Positions 49,008-58,928 of a stretch of DNA of 64,000 nucleotides are shown here, piece after piece (within the stretch, counting starts at the first letter, position 1; each line of letters starts with the position of its first letter). The stretch is from Candidatus Poribacteria bacterium (GTDB lineage Bacteria > Poribacteria > WGA-4E > WGA-3G): assembly GCA_965205065.1 (NCBI GenBank), contig CBDBFT010000001.1, forward strand, positions 1,817,782-1,881,781. Direction: 5' to 3'. The position numbers were made by a program, and so were the translations under genes. The notes below the pieces were generated by a model. The model saw only the letters and a program-made list of their open reading frames with translations, did no database searches and had not been told where the DNA came from.

Positions 49008-50474
49008 CTATTTGTCAGAACGAACTTCATTGCTTCTCGTAATATAATTATTCAATTGCCGTAAAGCACTACCATCATCCATAACCGATTGCACACGCTT
49101 GATGGCATCACCAGGGTCAGGGCAGATACCTAACAGATAATCCACCATTGCAGAATTGAGGAGAATCCTGTCATAGATATGTCCTTTCTCTCCAGACAGT
49201 GCTGCCGTGCCTGCCTTTACGAAAGCATCCGCACTTACAGCCTCTGGACGCGGATTAAGCCTATAATCAAATCCAAATTCGCTCGGATCTATATCCAGAG
49301 CAAAATCTTTCCGTTGATTGTCAACACGATGGAATCCCTGTGAATAATTAACCGCCATTCTATCCGCTGTAGAAGGTTTACCGAGTCGCAACGCATAATG
49401 ACTTGTCCCCTCCTCACCTTTCACAGCAACCGCAGCATTAAACCCACGATCCCAAGCTAATTGCAACAGCGGCTCCTCATAACCTATATGGTAATAACCC
49501 AGCACCATATAATTATCCCTTCGCGCAGAAAAGAACTGTTGCGCTTTCTCAGTTGCTGCCCAGGGCGGACGTTTCTTTATATGGACACGCATCTCACGAA
49601 CACTGTACGCACCAGGTGAATACTCACGTTGACTGATATAACCAAATCCTACACTCTTATCACTGATGAGGGATGCAGTCTGATCAAGGTTAAGGTCTGT
49701 TCTCGCACCCAATGCAGTTAAAATTGCTTCCTCCGTAACACCATTTTTGGGTGGCATCAGATCAACACCATGTAAGAGTGAACGTTCTCCCAACGCTGCG
49801 CGGACAGCCGCGACAAATAGAGTAGGACGGAAATTGCGGGTCGCACCATCGTAGGGTTGTCCGAAGTGTGTCAACGTATCAACATCAATCTGTCTAATGT
49901 GTTCAGGATTGAAATACGCATCAAGATACCCTCGAACCTCTTGATATGTCTCTCTATTCATGCGTTGTCCGATAAGCGCAGCAGCCTTTAACGCGGGTTT
50001 AACCTCATCAGTAAGGATCAACTCACACATCTGACGTGTTTCTGCATAACCGATATGTTTTCCTCTGAGTATCTTCTCCAGAGCAGAAACAACAAGGAAT
50101 TCTGTGGGATTGTTAGGAACATACCCAAGCTCAGGATGTATGATGAATTTAATCTCATCAGGCACGCGAGATAACAGAGCGGATTCGTACTTCTGAAAAG
50201 CTTCCGTTTCTGCTTCACTCCACTGTGTTGACTCAGGAAAATCTTTCCGGATTGTCATCGCGACGAAAAACGCGCCCATCTGTGCTTCAGAAACCGTTTC
50301 ATCTACAGGTAATTCATCGTTTAAGGACCGCAATATCGTATCTAAAACCACATCAGGTTGAGGTCCGTCGTTAGGTTTCTTACCTAAAGGTCTTGTCTGA
50401 TGTGGACCTGTGCAGACTCTCGCTTGTGCTTCAAGTAATTCTTCGTTTGGACCTGGAAAATCTGGGGTATACAT
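49008..50474 (-). CDS. Anthranilate phosphoribosyltransferase-like (TrpD2/YbiB, glycosyl transferase family 3-like) protein
   Basis: Weak family-level similarity only (glycine-rich segment, overall length). Probable ATG at 50474 (MYTPDFPGP) with an AGGAA ribosome-binding site. Confidence 0.35.
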   Translation of the reverse strand: MYTPDFPGPNEELLEAQARVCTGPHQTRPLGKKPNDGPQPDVVLDTILRSLNDELPVDETVSEAQMGAFFVAMTIRKDFPESTQWSEAETEAFQKYESALLSRVPDEIKFIIHPELGYVPNNPTEFLVVSALEKILRGKHIGYAETRQMCELILTDEVKPALKAAALIGQRMNRETYQEVRGYLDAYFNPEHIRQIDVDTLTHFGQPYDGATRNFRPTLFVAAVRAALGERSLLHGVDLMPPKNGVTEEAILTALGARTDLNLDQTASLISDKSVGFGYISQREYSPGAYSVREMRVHIKKRPPWAATEKAQQFFSARRDNYMVLGYYHIGYEEPLLQLAWDRGFNAAVAVKGEEGTSHYALRLGKPSTADRMAVNYSQGFHRVDNQRKDFALDIDPSEFGFDYRLNPRPEAVSADAFVKAGTAALSGEKGHIYDRILLNSAMVDYLLGICPDPGDAIKRVQSVMDDGSALRQLNNYITRSNEVRSDK

Positions 50475-50652
50475 GCGTCTGTTCCTAATTCCTTGTTTTA
50501 TTTTAGATGAGTATAATATATCACATGAGATAGATATAGTCAAATTTTACTGTATAGTCATAAACACATTCTTGCACTATCGTCAGACTTTTGCTATAAT
50601 TGTAAGCACTTTAAGTTCCTATACTATCGGACCTAACTATTAGGAGAAACTG

Positions 50653-51816
50653 TTGACACACGAAAAGCGGACATCTTCAGATCACTCACTGTCTATCTGC
50701 ACACTCGGAGCAGCACAACACGGGAAAACGACTTTGACTGCAGCGATTCAGAAGGTTGTGGCAAGAATCGGGGCAATTCATTCAAATGGTAAAACCGAAT
50801 TCATACAGCAGATGCCTTCACACTTTCCACTCAGAAAAGGCGTCAGTATTACGTATCGCGAAATTGATTATGAAACCAGTGGGAAGTTCTATAAGCAAAT
50901 TGACTGTGATACGCATCTGGATATTGTAAAAATGCTTGTGAACCGTTCTTTCGGTATACAAGGAGCAATATGGGTAGTCGACGCTTTTGAAGGTGTTACT
51001 GCTGAATCGATAGAACACATCCGACTTGCACATCACATCCAACTACCAAACATAATTTCATTCCTCAATACCCATAATATCACTGAAGATGATGAGCTAC
51101 AAGATATATGTCAACAAGAGATGCGTGAATTACTTACCGAATACGGATGGGATGAAAACAACAACCCTATCATCGTAGGCGATGCAAATAGGGCTCTAAA
51201 ATATAAAGGAGATAGAACAGGATCAGAACAGTGGAAACCAATTGTCAATCTGATATTTGCGTTGAATCGATATATGCCTACGCCTATCAACACTGGCAAT
51301 CTTCATCTCATTATGCCGATCTATGAAATCGTTGAGGAATTGAAGGAACGCGTCACTGTACGTGGCGATGTGGTTCAAGGTCATCTATCAGTCGGACAAG
51401 CAGTGGATATAGTCGGAAAAGGAGACCGAATCAAGACAAAGTGCCTCGGTACAAAAGATAGCGACGTAGTAGTTGAATCTGAACCTGATTGGATCTCTGT
51501 TGGACAAGTCTTGTGTACCCCTAAGACCATTAAAGCACACACTGATTTTGAGGCAATCATCTATCTACTGACACAAGAGGAAAGTGGAACACATATACCC
51601 ATCATTGAAAACGACAAACCTATGATACATCTATGGGGAATTGATGTTACCGCACATCTACATCTCCCATCCGATTTACCAATTATTTCACCTGGCGAGA
51701 ATGCACACGTATCCGTAGAACTTGAACTCCCACTTGCTATGGAAGTTGGGACACGTTTTGAGGTGAAGAAAATGGGGACATGCATCGGAATTGGGGTTGT
51801 AACTTCTATTTTCTAA
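50653..51816 (+). CDS. EF-Tu paralogue (full three-domain homologue) with degenerate GTPase motifs
   Basis: G1 GAAQHGKTTLTAAI (P-loop intact). G3 DCDTH instead of DCPGH. G4 NTHN instead of NKCD. Domain 2/3 similarity (GDVVQGHLSVGQAVDIVG...). TTG start with an AGGAG ribosome-binding site. Confidence 0.65.
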   Translation: MTHEKRTSSDHSLSICTLGAAQHGKTTLTAAIQKVVARIGAIHSNGKTEFIQQMPSHFPLRKGVSITYREIDYETSGKFYKQIDCDTHLDIVKMLVNRSFGIQGAIWVVDAFEGVTAESIEHIRLAHHIQLPNIISFLNTHNITEDDELQDICQQEMRELLTEYGWDENNNPIIVGDANRALKYKGDRTGSEQWKPIVNLIFALNRYMPTPINTGNLHLIMPIYEIVEELKERVTVRGDVVQGHLSVGQAVDIVGKGDRIKTKCLGTKDSDVVVESEPDWISVGQVLCTPKTIKAHTDFEAIIYLLTQEESGTHIPIIENDKPMIHLWGIDVTAHLHLPSDLPIISPGENAHVSVELELPLAMEVGTRFEVKKMGTCIGIGVVTSIF

Positions 51817-52523
51817 CGCGCAGCAGCAATCGCATCACACAATGCAAGGTCACCCGTGTATAATGCGCGTCCGATGATCGCACCGCTTGCACCTATCCTC
51901 TTAAGATTTTCAACATCGTCAAGCGACGTGACCCCCCCAGACGCAATAACATCTGCTGATACAGCATTGATTATATCAGCAGTCGCTTCCACATGGGGAC
52001 CCTTTAGCATGCCATCACTTTTGATGTCAGTATAAATAACCGTTTGGACTTCCGCCATTTCAATAGCGAATTCCACAGCAGTTTTTTGTGATACTTCTAA
52101 CCATCCGTGTGTAGCAACCCTACCGTCCTTAGCATCAATACCGATTGCGATGCGTTTACCGTGCTTCTCACATGCTTCCCTTACCAAGGATGGCTGTTTA
52201 AGCGCAGCGGTTCCTAAAATCACCCTGTCAACACCTAATGTTAATATGCTCTCAATCTGTTCAATACTGCGAATGCCACCACCGAGCTGAACAGGTATAG
52301 AAACTTTGGCAACGATTTCACCCACAATGTCAAGGTTAGCAGAAACCCCTTGAAACGCACCATCAAGGTCAACAAGATGTAGGTATTCTGCCCCTTCTGC
52401 TTGCCACTGTTCTGCCATATCAACAGGTGAATCAGAGAAAACGGTTTCCTGTTCGGCGATACCTTGAACAAGATTTACACACTTGCCATCACGTAGATCA
52501 ATTGCTGGGAGTATTTGCATCAA
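51813..52523 (-). CDS. hisA: ProFAR isomerase (1-(5-phosphoribosyl)-5-[(5-phosphoribosylamino)methylideneamino]imidazole-4-carboxamide isomerase)
   Basis: MQILPAIDLRDGKCVNLVQG and ...GGGIRS...VILGTAA... are HisA signatures. Confidence 0.85.
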   Translation of the reverse strand: MMQILPAIDLRDGKCVNLVQGIAEQETVFSDSPVDMAEQWQAEGAEYLHLVDLDGAFQGVSANLDIVGEIVAKVSIPVQLGGGIRSIEQIESILTLGVDRVILGTAALKQPSLVREACEKHGKRIAIGIDAKDGRVATHGWLEVSQKTAVEFAIEMAEVQTVIYTDIKSDGMLKGPHVEATADIINAVSADVIASGGVTSLDDVENLKRIGASGAIIGRALYTGDLALCDAIAAAR

Positions 52524-52532
52524 TATCCTTTC

Positions 52533-53432
52533 TTATTCCTCTTTGAAAATTCCGAGTAATCGTAGTTGTGCTATAGAAATAATCGCAATGATAATAAAAA
52601 GCACCCATCCAATCGTTGCTGCGTAACCGAGACGCATGAATTGAAAGCCGTTCTTATACAGATACATCACGATTGTGGTGCCAGCGTCAGCAGGTTCACC
52701 ACCATTCGTTAGAATAAAAGGAAGATCAAAAAGCTGGAACGACCCAATCATGGATACAACAAATACGAACGCTATAACAGGTTTGAGAGAAGGTAACGTG
52801 ATATGTATAAAGCACTGCCACCAATTTGCACCATCAACAGCTGCCGCTTCATATAATTCCTGCCGAATACCTTGTAAACCCGCCAAGAAATAGATCATAT
52901 TGAAACCTGCCCACTGCCATACACCCGTCAGAATCACCGCTGGCATCACGTATCTACCTTCACTTAACCATCCGATCTCCTTGCCAAAAAGCAGAAATTC
53001 GTTGTTAATTAATCCCGCACGTTGGTCAAATATCAGATTGAAGATAATAGCGACAAACACCCCCGCAACGAGAACAGGAGCAAAGAACGCAAGTCGTAGG
53101 AAGTTCTTTCCCTTGACATATTTTGAGTTGAGAAGAATCGCAAGAAACAGAGCAATCGGCAATTGGAGGATGAGTGTCCCTAAGGCAAAATATGTCGTGT
53201 TCCACAGAGATTTCCAGAAGACCGGATCGCGTAAAAGATCCGTGAAATTATCTAAACCCATGAAAATCTTACTTTGGAAACCGCGCATCTCATAAAAACT
53301 CATGATCAGTGATGAGATTAGCGGATACCCCATAAAAACAACAAATAGCAGGAAAAACGGTGCTATAAACAGATAGGGGGCAATCTTCTGCTGTCGGTTC
53401 CAGAAACGATGTCTAATGGATGTCGTTTGCAT
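52533..53432 (-). CDS. Carbohydrate ABC transporter permease (MalF/UgpA-like)
   Basis: EAAAVDGANWWQCFIHITLP (EAA loop region) and six transmembrane segments. Confidence 0.75.
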   Translation of the reverse strand: MQTTSIRHRFWNRQQKIAPYLFIAPFFLLFVVFMGYPLISSLIMSFYEMRGFQSKIFMGLDNFTDLLRDPVFWKSLWNTTYFALGTLILQLPIALFLAILLNSKYVKGKNFLRLAFFAPVLVAGVFVAIIFNLIFDQRAGLINNEFLLFGKEIGWLSEGRYVMPAVILTGVWQWAGFNMIYFLAGLQGIRQELYEAAAVDGANWWQCFIHITLPSLKPVIAFVFVVSMIGSFQLFDLPFILTNGGEPADAGTTIVMYLYKNGFQFMRLGYAATIGWVLFIIIAIISIAQLRLLGIFKEE

Positions 53433-53489
53433 CTATAATTCCCGTAATAATACTCTTGAAATTATACCATTTCTAAATGAAAATGCCTC

Positions 53490-53552
53490 TTTATTGTAGC
53501 ACATTCTGTTAGATTGTGCCGTTCTCCGTTTCATTTCTAACAGCCCATAATG
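53490..53552. repeat. Solo family-A element with hairpin tail (TTGTAGCACATTCTGTTAGATTGTGCCGTTCTCCGTTTCATTTCTAACAG)
   Basis: Identical to the terminal unit plus tail of the 22-kb array (22241..22300). Sits between the solute-binding-protein and permease genes. Confidence 0.85.
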
Positions 53553-53576
53553 AGAGAAATATTAATAGAAATGGTA

Positions 53577-54884
53577 TTAGTTTTGACCCCAACGTTCTTG
53601 GTCTTTCAAAATGATGGAACGCACTTTATCGGCAACCTCCGTTAAAGCGTGTCGTGGGGTCTGTTTTTCTGTAACAGCATTGAAAATTGCATCGTTCAAA
53701 AGATCCGCAGCTTCCGACCAATACGGGTTCTGATAACGTGGCGGTAAATCCGGGGCAAGATCAATAAACAACCTGCCAAGGGGTTGACCGCCTAAGTACG
53801 GATCAGGCTCACTATAGATCGGGTTATCCCAAGCAGCCTTGAGGGGTGGTATAATACGAGTTGTTTCATAACGATTTATCAGACCCGCTTTGTCAAAATA
53901 TGCAAATTTCAGAAACTCCCACGCTAATTCTGGATTCTGACACTGTTTTGTAATGCCAACCATCGTCCCGCCTCTCGTCGTGGTTCTTCTGCCACCAAGT
54001 TCCCATGCTGGCATCGCAACTGCCTTCCATTTACCCGACATCTGTGGCACTTGACTCTTAAGGATACCGACATACCAATCTGGCGCAAGTATTGAAAGTA
54101 TCCTCCCGTCTTGCATTGCTGCGAAATTGCTCGGATCACCATGCCAAGTACCGTAAACAGGTGTAGCGATTCTATGTTCGTTGAATAGAGAGGTAAAGAA
54201 CGTTAATGTATCAATTGCAATATCGCTGTCAATAACAACATCTCCTTCAACATCAAAAAAGCCTGCTCCTCGTTGCAGTAGTAGGTTAAAGTAATCACTT
54301 TCGGTGCGTCTATCCAGAACAATTGCGTATTGGTCATTTTCACCGTCTCCATCCAAATCACGCGTTGCTTTCTTCCCCGCAATTATGAAGTCATCCCACG
54401 TCTCTATTTCAGTCATCTCAACACCAGCGGCTTTGAAAAGGTCATCTCTGTAAAGCAAGACGACAGGATGTAAATCGTGTGGTAACCCGTATATCTTTCC
54501 ACCGTAAGACCACGGGGTGAAACGACTTACGACCAGTTTCTCCATCCAACCTTCACGCTCTAAACGAGGCTTAAGATCCACGAATCCGATCTCATCAATA
54601 GCACCTTTCAGGAAACGACCAATTAATGTAATCTCTACTTCAACTATATCCGGTGCACCAAAATCTGAGAGCAGCGCAGTCAATAATTTGTCGTGCATTG
54701 ACCCGCCATAATTAATCAGTTTAATATTGACACCCGGATGGAGTGCTTCAAAGACAGGAACACGCGCTTGATATTCCTCGTAATGTGTATTAGCGAAAAT
54801 CCAAAATTCAATACTCTCATCCTTCTCCTCAGTAACTGAAAATATGAATGCGGATGTAATGATGAAAAGGACCAGCATCACCAT
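53577..54884 (-). CDS. ABC transporter extracellular solute-binding protein (family 1)
   Basis: Signal/TM MVMLVLFIITSAFIF followed by family-1 solute-binding-protein-like sequence. The tool start (54965) lies inside the tandem repeat, so the start was moved to the internal ATG at 54884. Confidence 0.65.
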   Translation of the reverse strand: MVMLVLFIITSAFIFSVTEEKDESIEFWIFANTHYEEYQARVPVFEALHPGVNIKLINYGGSMHDKLLTALLSDFGAPDIVEVEITLIGRFLKGAIDEIGFVDLKPRLEREGWMEKLVVSRFTPWSYGGKIYGLPHDLHPVVLLYRDDLFKAAGVEMTEIETWDDFIIAGKKATRDLDGDGENDQYAIVLDRRTESDYFNLLLQRGAGFFDVEGDVVIDSDIAIDTLTFFTSLFNEHRIATPVYGTWHGDPSNFAAMQDGRILSILAPDWYVGILKSQVPQMSGKWKAVAMPAWELGGRRTTTRGGTMVGITKQCQNPELAWEFLKFAYFDKAGLINRYETTRIIPPLKAAWDNPIYSEPDPYLGGQPLGRLFIDLAPDLPPRYQNPYWSEAADLLNDAIFNAVTEKQTPRHALTEVADKVRSIILKDQERWGQN

Positions 54885-54951
54885 CGGACCTTTGCCGAGT
54901 GGGAAACTATCACTATCTATAAGTGTCAATTTGTGATTTCCTATACTCTTA

Positions 54952-55256
54952 ATAGTAGTAGGCACTCTCCGAGTGCCGTCTCTTCATAATAGTAGTAGGC
55001 ACTCTCCGAGTGCCGTCTCTTCGTAATAGTAGTAGGCACTCTCCGAGTGCCGTCTCTTCATAATAGTAGTAGGCACTCTCCGAGTGCCGTCTCTTCATAA
55101 TAGTAGTAGGCACTCTCCGAGTGCCGTCTCTTCGTAATAGTAGTAGGCACTCTCCGAGTGCCGTCTCTTCATAATAGTAGTAGACACTCTCCGAGTGCCG
55201 TCTTTTCATAATAGTAGTAGGCACTCTCCGAGTGCCGTCTCTTCATATTCATTTTT
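54952..55256. repeat. Spacerless tandem array, 8 units of the 37-bp repeat AATAGTAGTAGGCACTCTCCGAGTGCCGTCTCTTCAT (family B), each with a 7-bp stem hairpin
   Basis: Units at 54961, 54998, 55035, 55072, 55109, 55146, 55183, 55220 (period 37). Minor variants (CAT/CGT; one GACAC). Preceded by the same leader seen at 27672. Lies in the divergent region between the solute-binding-protein and fmdB-like genes. Confidence 0.9.
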
Positions 55257-55338
55257 TACTTGACATTTCAGCCTTTAACTATTAAAATTTATCAAATTAT
55301 CTTTATTTTATCAACTAAGAAGTGGAGGAATATGCTAT

Positions 55339-55662
55339 ATGCCTACGTATGACTATAAGTGTCTTGAATGTGAAGTTAAATTTGAAAAGTTCCAAGGCAT
55401 CAATGATCCAGTCCTTGAAGAATGTCCAGAATGTAACGGTAAAGTTAAACGTCTTATCGGAGCTGGTGGAGGTTTAATCTTTAAAGGTTCTGGTTTCTAT
55501 ATCACCGATTATCGCAGTGAAGGCTATAAAGAATCCGCAAAGAAAGATGAAAAGACTTCGTCAGAAAAGAGCAACAAAGATAAGAAAAACAAGGGAGAAA
55601 AGCAAAATAAGAAAGGTGATACAAGCAATCAAGCAAAAAGTCCATCTAAAGAATCTGAATGA
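55339..55662 (+). CDS. FmdB-family zinc-ribbon protein with a Lys-rich C-terminal tail
   Basis: YDYKCLECEVKFE...ECPECNG is the CxxC...CxxC FmdB signature. Ribosome-binding site GGAGG. Confidence 0.7.
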   Translation: MPTYDYKCLECEVKFEKFQGINDPVLEECPECNGKVKRLIGAGGGLIFKGSGFYITDYRSEGYKESAKKDEKTSSEKSNKDKKNKGEKQNKKGDTSNQAKSPSKESE

Positions 55663-55732
55663 AATTGCGGACCGTTGATCATATTGTTCACCATTTTAAA
55701 GGAATCCATTGCACAATCATAATCCTAATCCA

Positions 55733-56311
55733 TTAACTGTGTTCCTCTTTTAAGCGGTGTGCTTTACGGATAAGAGCTGTATCTTTAGCGAATTTCAGTG
55801 TTGCTTGCACGAGTCCATCTACATGCGATTCCATATCCTTCTCAACTTGGACAATGCGATTCATAAGATAGGGACGGTTGCTCTCCTTAATCGCTTGTCT
55901 AATAATTGAGAGTAAGTACATATAGATTGTATCCGCCTCACTTCCCTCTATAGCAATAGCAATTTCAAACGCCTCGTCTAATGAAATCCTCCCAGATTCT
56001 ATCTTCATTTCGTGGGAGGCCAAAGCATCAGTAATCCGCTGAACAGAAATGTCTGGAATTGGCGCGATGGGTGAGGAAGAACCCGTCGTGTCTTCTGTAC
56101 GTAAGGGTGTATCCATCCCGAATACTTCTATACACAAAGTACGCCCGAAATCTACAAGGATGTAATGTTGCCACTCCTCAGCACTCATGCGTTCCCAAAA
56201 CTTCGCTATCCGTTCATCAACATCACCTAAGATTAGTGAGAATGAGGCATATATCTTTGCTTGACGTAACTCAAGGTCTTTACAAAGATCAAAAAGGTTT
56301 TCTAATGTCAA
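55733..56311 (-). CDS. Hypothetical protein, possibly ferritin-like/diiron four-helix bundle
   Basis: Spaced E...EEWQHY and E..E...Y motifs; weak. Confidence 0.3.
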   Translation of the reverse strand: MTLENLFDLCKDLELRQAKIYASFSLILGDVDERIAKFWERMSAEEWQHYILVDFGRTLCIEVFGMDTPLRTEDTTGSSSPIAPIPDISVQRITDALASHEMKIESGRISLDEAFEIAIAIEGSEADTIYMYLLSIIRQAIKESNRPYLMNRIVQVEKDMESHVDGLVQATLKFAKDTALIRKAHRLKEEHS

Positions 56312-56494
56312 TTTTCCTCCCTCATAATTAACCAGTTTAGCACAGATTGAGTTTACTATCTAAGATGGGTTTGATAATAGGTATGTGGACTTCATTTTGC
56401 CCAAAATATCATTTGCATAGACCCGGTCGGTGCGGTTTCCTAACCGCACCGAATACGAAAAATCTGATTTATCAAACTCACGTTATCTATTTAC

Positions 56495-57532
56495 CTACAT
56501 CTGAAGGGGTAAAGAAACCGCAGCACTAGATGACATACTACGCGTAACCGCCTCAGTGAACTCCATATATTTTACACCCGTCTCAAAGTCAGTATGTGTT
56601 ATAACTTCCTTACCACGGATAGCATTAACGAACTCCTCTTCCACTCTCCAACCCCCTTCTTCCGCTGAAGGTATATCTATCTCTTGTAGTTCGTTATCTT
56701 CTCTTTGACCACCGAAGAGTCTGTTACCTGAAAACCGTACCGTTCCTTCACTACCAAAAACAAAAACTTCTGGTGCCCCTGCCAATCCTGTAACAGCAGA
56801 GACCTGCATGTGAAGTTGTGCACCACAAGCGAGTTCACCAATGACATCAATATGTTCCGGGATGCGTACATTTTGCATCATACCATCAGCATCAGGACGC
56901 ATTTTGACGAATGTTTTCCCAATAGCCATGACACGTGTCGCTTCGCCAACCCACCGCATCAGTGCTTCGTACCAGATCCCCATACTCATGATATTCATGC
57001 CGCTGAAATCCATATCTTGGCGCCACTGTATCGGTGAATCAGCATCTAAAAAAGCACCCCCTGCTCTGACTTCAACTGCTAAGACATCACCGAGATAACC
57101 TTCAGCGATGAGTCGCTTGATCGTATAATCAACGCGTAGTGTCATTGGAGAGGGGACAATCTGTGCAGTGAGATGTGTTTTCTGCCGTGCTAACAGACGC
57201 ATCATGTGTGCTTCTCGTGCGTTCATTGCCATGCGTGCTTCACACATCACGTGTTTATTCGCCATCAGTGCTGCCACTGTAGCGCGGCAATGCATATAGG
57301 GCCACGTACCGATGACAATAGCGTCTGTGTCACTATCTTTAATCACATCTTGCCAGTTGTCGTAAATTTTAGAAATGCCGAATTCATCAGCAACACGCTG
57401 CGAGGATTCTCTGCTGCGGTTACATACACCTACGATCTCAACACCATCAATCGCTTGTAATCCTGGGATATGTCTTGATTTTGTGTTTCTTCCTGCTCCG
57501 ATGATACCGACTCGGATTTTTTCTGATGCCAC
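56495..57532 (-). CDS. Gfo/Idh/MocA-family NAD(P)-dependent oxidoreductase
   Basis: N-terminal Rossmann IRVGIIGAGRNTKSRHIPGL...VEIVGVCNRS and the family's C-terminal alpha/beta domain. Confidence 0.7.
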   Translation of the reverse strand: MASEKIRVGIIGAGRNTKSRHIPGLQAIDGVEIVGVCNRSRESSQRVADEFGISKIYDNWQDVIKDSDTDAIVIGTWPYMHCRATVAALMANKHVMCEARMAMNAREAHMMRLLARQKTHLTAQIVPSPMTLRVDYTIKRLIAEGYLGDVLAVEVRAGGAFLDADSPIQWRQDMDFSGMNIMSMGIWYEALMRWVGEATRVMAIGKTFVKMRPDADGMMQNVRIPEHIDVIGELACGAQLHMQVSAVTGLAGAPEVFVFGSEGTVRFSGNRLFGGQREDNELQEIDIPSAEEGGWRVEEEFVNAIRGKEVITHTDFETGVKYMEFTEAVTRSMSSSAAVSLPLQM

Positions 57533-57650
57533 TCAACTTGCTCCTACATTTTATTTCACGTCATAATATAACAAAAATGCAGAAACATGTCAAGAACTGT
57601 GTTTGGGCACGTAAAGTTATTGTCCCCAAAGACGTTAATCTAACGATTTT

Positions 57651-57756
57651 CCCAGGCCGGTAGGTTCGGTTTCCTAACCGAACCGGATCCTTCGCGGAAA
57701 TCTTTATGAACGCAAGTGCCACAAAGCCGGTTCGGTTAGGAAACCGAACCTACCGA
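57651..57756. repeat. Inverted pair of REP-like palindromic elements (GCCGGTAGGTTCGGTTTCCTAACCGAACCGG / reverse complement) separated by ~40 bp
   Basis: Each unit contains the 9-bp stem GGTTCGGTT-TCC-TAACCGAACC. Related copies are at 44908..44940, 56421..56456 and 58812..58887 (another inverted pair). Confidence 0.85.
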
Positions 57757-57793
57757 TCTGAAATTTATAGCGTAATTCTTCTTCCCGTAAAAT

Positions 57794-58786
57794 CTAAGGC
57801 ACCTCAATCTTTGAAAACAGCTGCGTAATAATCGTCTCAGTATCAATACCTTCCGCTTCCGCTTCATAACTCAATATGACGCGATGTCGCAAAACATCCA
57901 TACCAATTGCCTGAATATCTTCTGGTGTAACATAGCCACGTTCCGATAGGAAAGCATGCGCTCTCGCAGCAAGTGCAAGAAATATCGTAGCACGCGGAGA
58001 AGCACCGTACTCAATCAACGTGCTAAGGTCCTCTAATTCATATTCCTCTGGAGAACGGGTCGCACAGACAAGATCAACGATGTAGTTTTCCAACGGTTCC
58101 GCCATATAGATGTCACGCGTCAACTCACGGAATCTGATAACATCTTCACACGAGACCACTTTCTTTACTTTAGGGATTTTCTCAACTGTCATACGCCGCA
58201 GAATCTGCAGCTCCTCAGAACGCGATGGATAGTCAACCTTAACCTTAAGCATAAATCTGTCAACTTGTGCTTCAGGTAACGGGTAAGTACCTTCATGCTC
58301 AATCGGATTCTGTGTTGCTAAGACAAGAAACGGATCATCAAGTGAGTGTGTCGTGTCACCGATCGTTACCTGTCGTTCTTGCATCGCTTCAAGCAGGGCA
58401 CTTTGCACCTTTGCCGGTGCCCGGTTAATCTCATCAGCAAGCACAACGTTAGCGAAAATAGGACCCAAATTAGTATAAAACTCCGCTTTATGCTGATCGT
58501 ATATTAACGTACCGATCAGATCCGCGGGAAGTAAATCAGGTGTAAATTGAATCCGTTGGAATGACGCATCAATAGTCTTTGCTAATACATCAATCGCAGT
58601 CGTCTTTGCAAGACCAGGAACACCTTCTAATAAAATGTGTCCATTGCAAAGTAAACCGATAACCAAACGTTCAAGTAACGCGCGTTGACCAACGATGATT
58701 TTACCCGCCTCATTCAGAATCTGCTGTATTTTGCCGCTATCTTCTTGAATACGGGCATTCATCGCATCTAAATCGTAGTTCTGCAT
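57794..58786 (-). CDS. MoxR-family AAA+ ATPase
   Basis: Walker A GVPGLAKT, Walker B VLADEINRA, the AAA_3 architecture; 330 aa. Confidence 0.8.
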   Translation of the reverse strand: MQNYDLDAMNARIQEDSGKIQQILNEAGKIIVGQRALLERLVIGLLCNGHILLEGVPGLAKTTAIDVLAKTIDASFQRIQFTPDLLPADLIGTLIYDQHKAEFYTNLGPIFANVVLADEINRAPAKVQSALLEAMQERQVTIGDTTHSLDDPFLVLATQNPIEHEGTYPLPEAQVDRFMLKVKVDYPSRSEELQILRRMTVEKIPKVKKVVSCEDVIRFRELTRDIYMAEPLENYIVDLVCATRSPEEYELEDLSTLIEYGASPRATIFLALAARAHAFLSERGYVTPEDIQAIGMDVLRHRVILSYEAEAEGIDTETIITQLFSKIEVP

Positions 58787-58928
58787 CTGTTATATATAGA
58801 TATTATAAACACCCCCGGTAGGTGTGGTTTCCTAACCGTACGGATATTCTCAGATCCGGTGCGGTTAGGAAACCGCACCTACCAGGGATGTAAAGTAATT
58901 ATCGATTTCACTATAAAATCAAGTGAAA

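Noticed and set aside
54949-55224. 91-aa minus ORF (MPTTIMKRRHSESVYYYYEETALGECLLLLRRDGT...) and its relative at 27558..27833
   Set aside because: Translation of the 37-bp tandem repeat: periodic identical peptide segments, no independent support.
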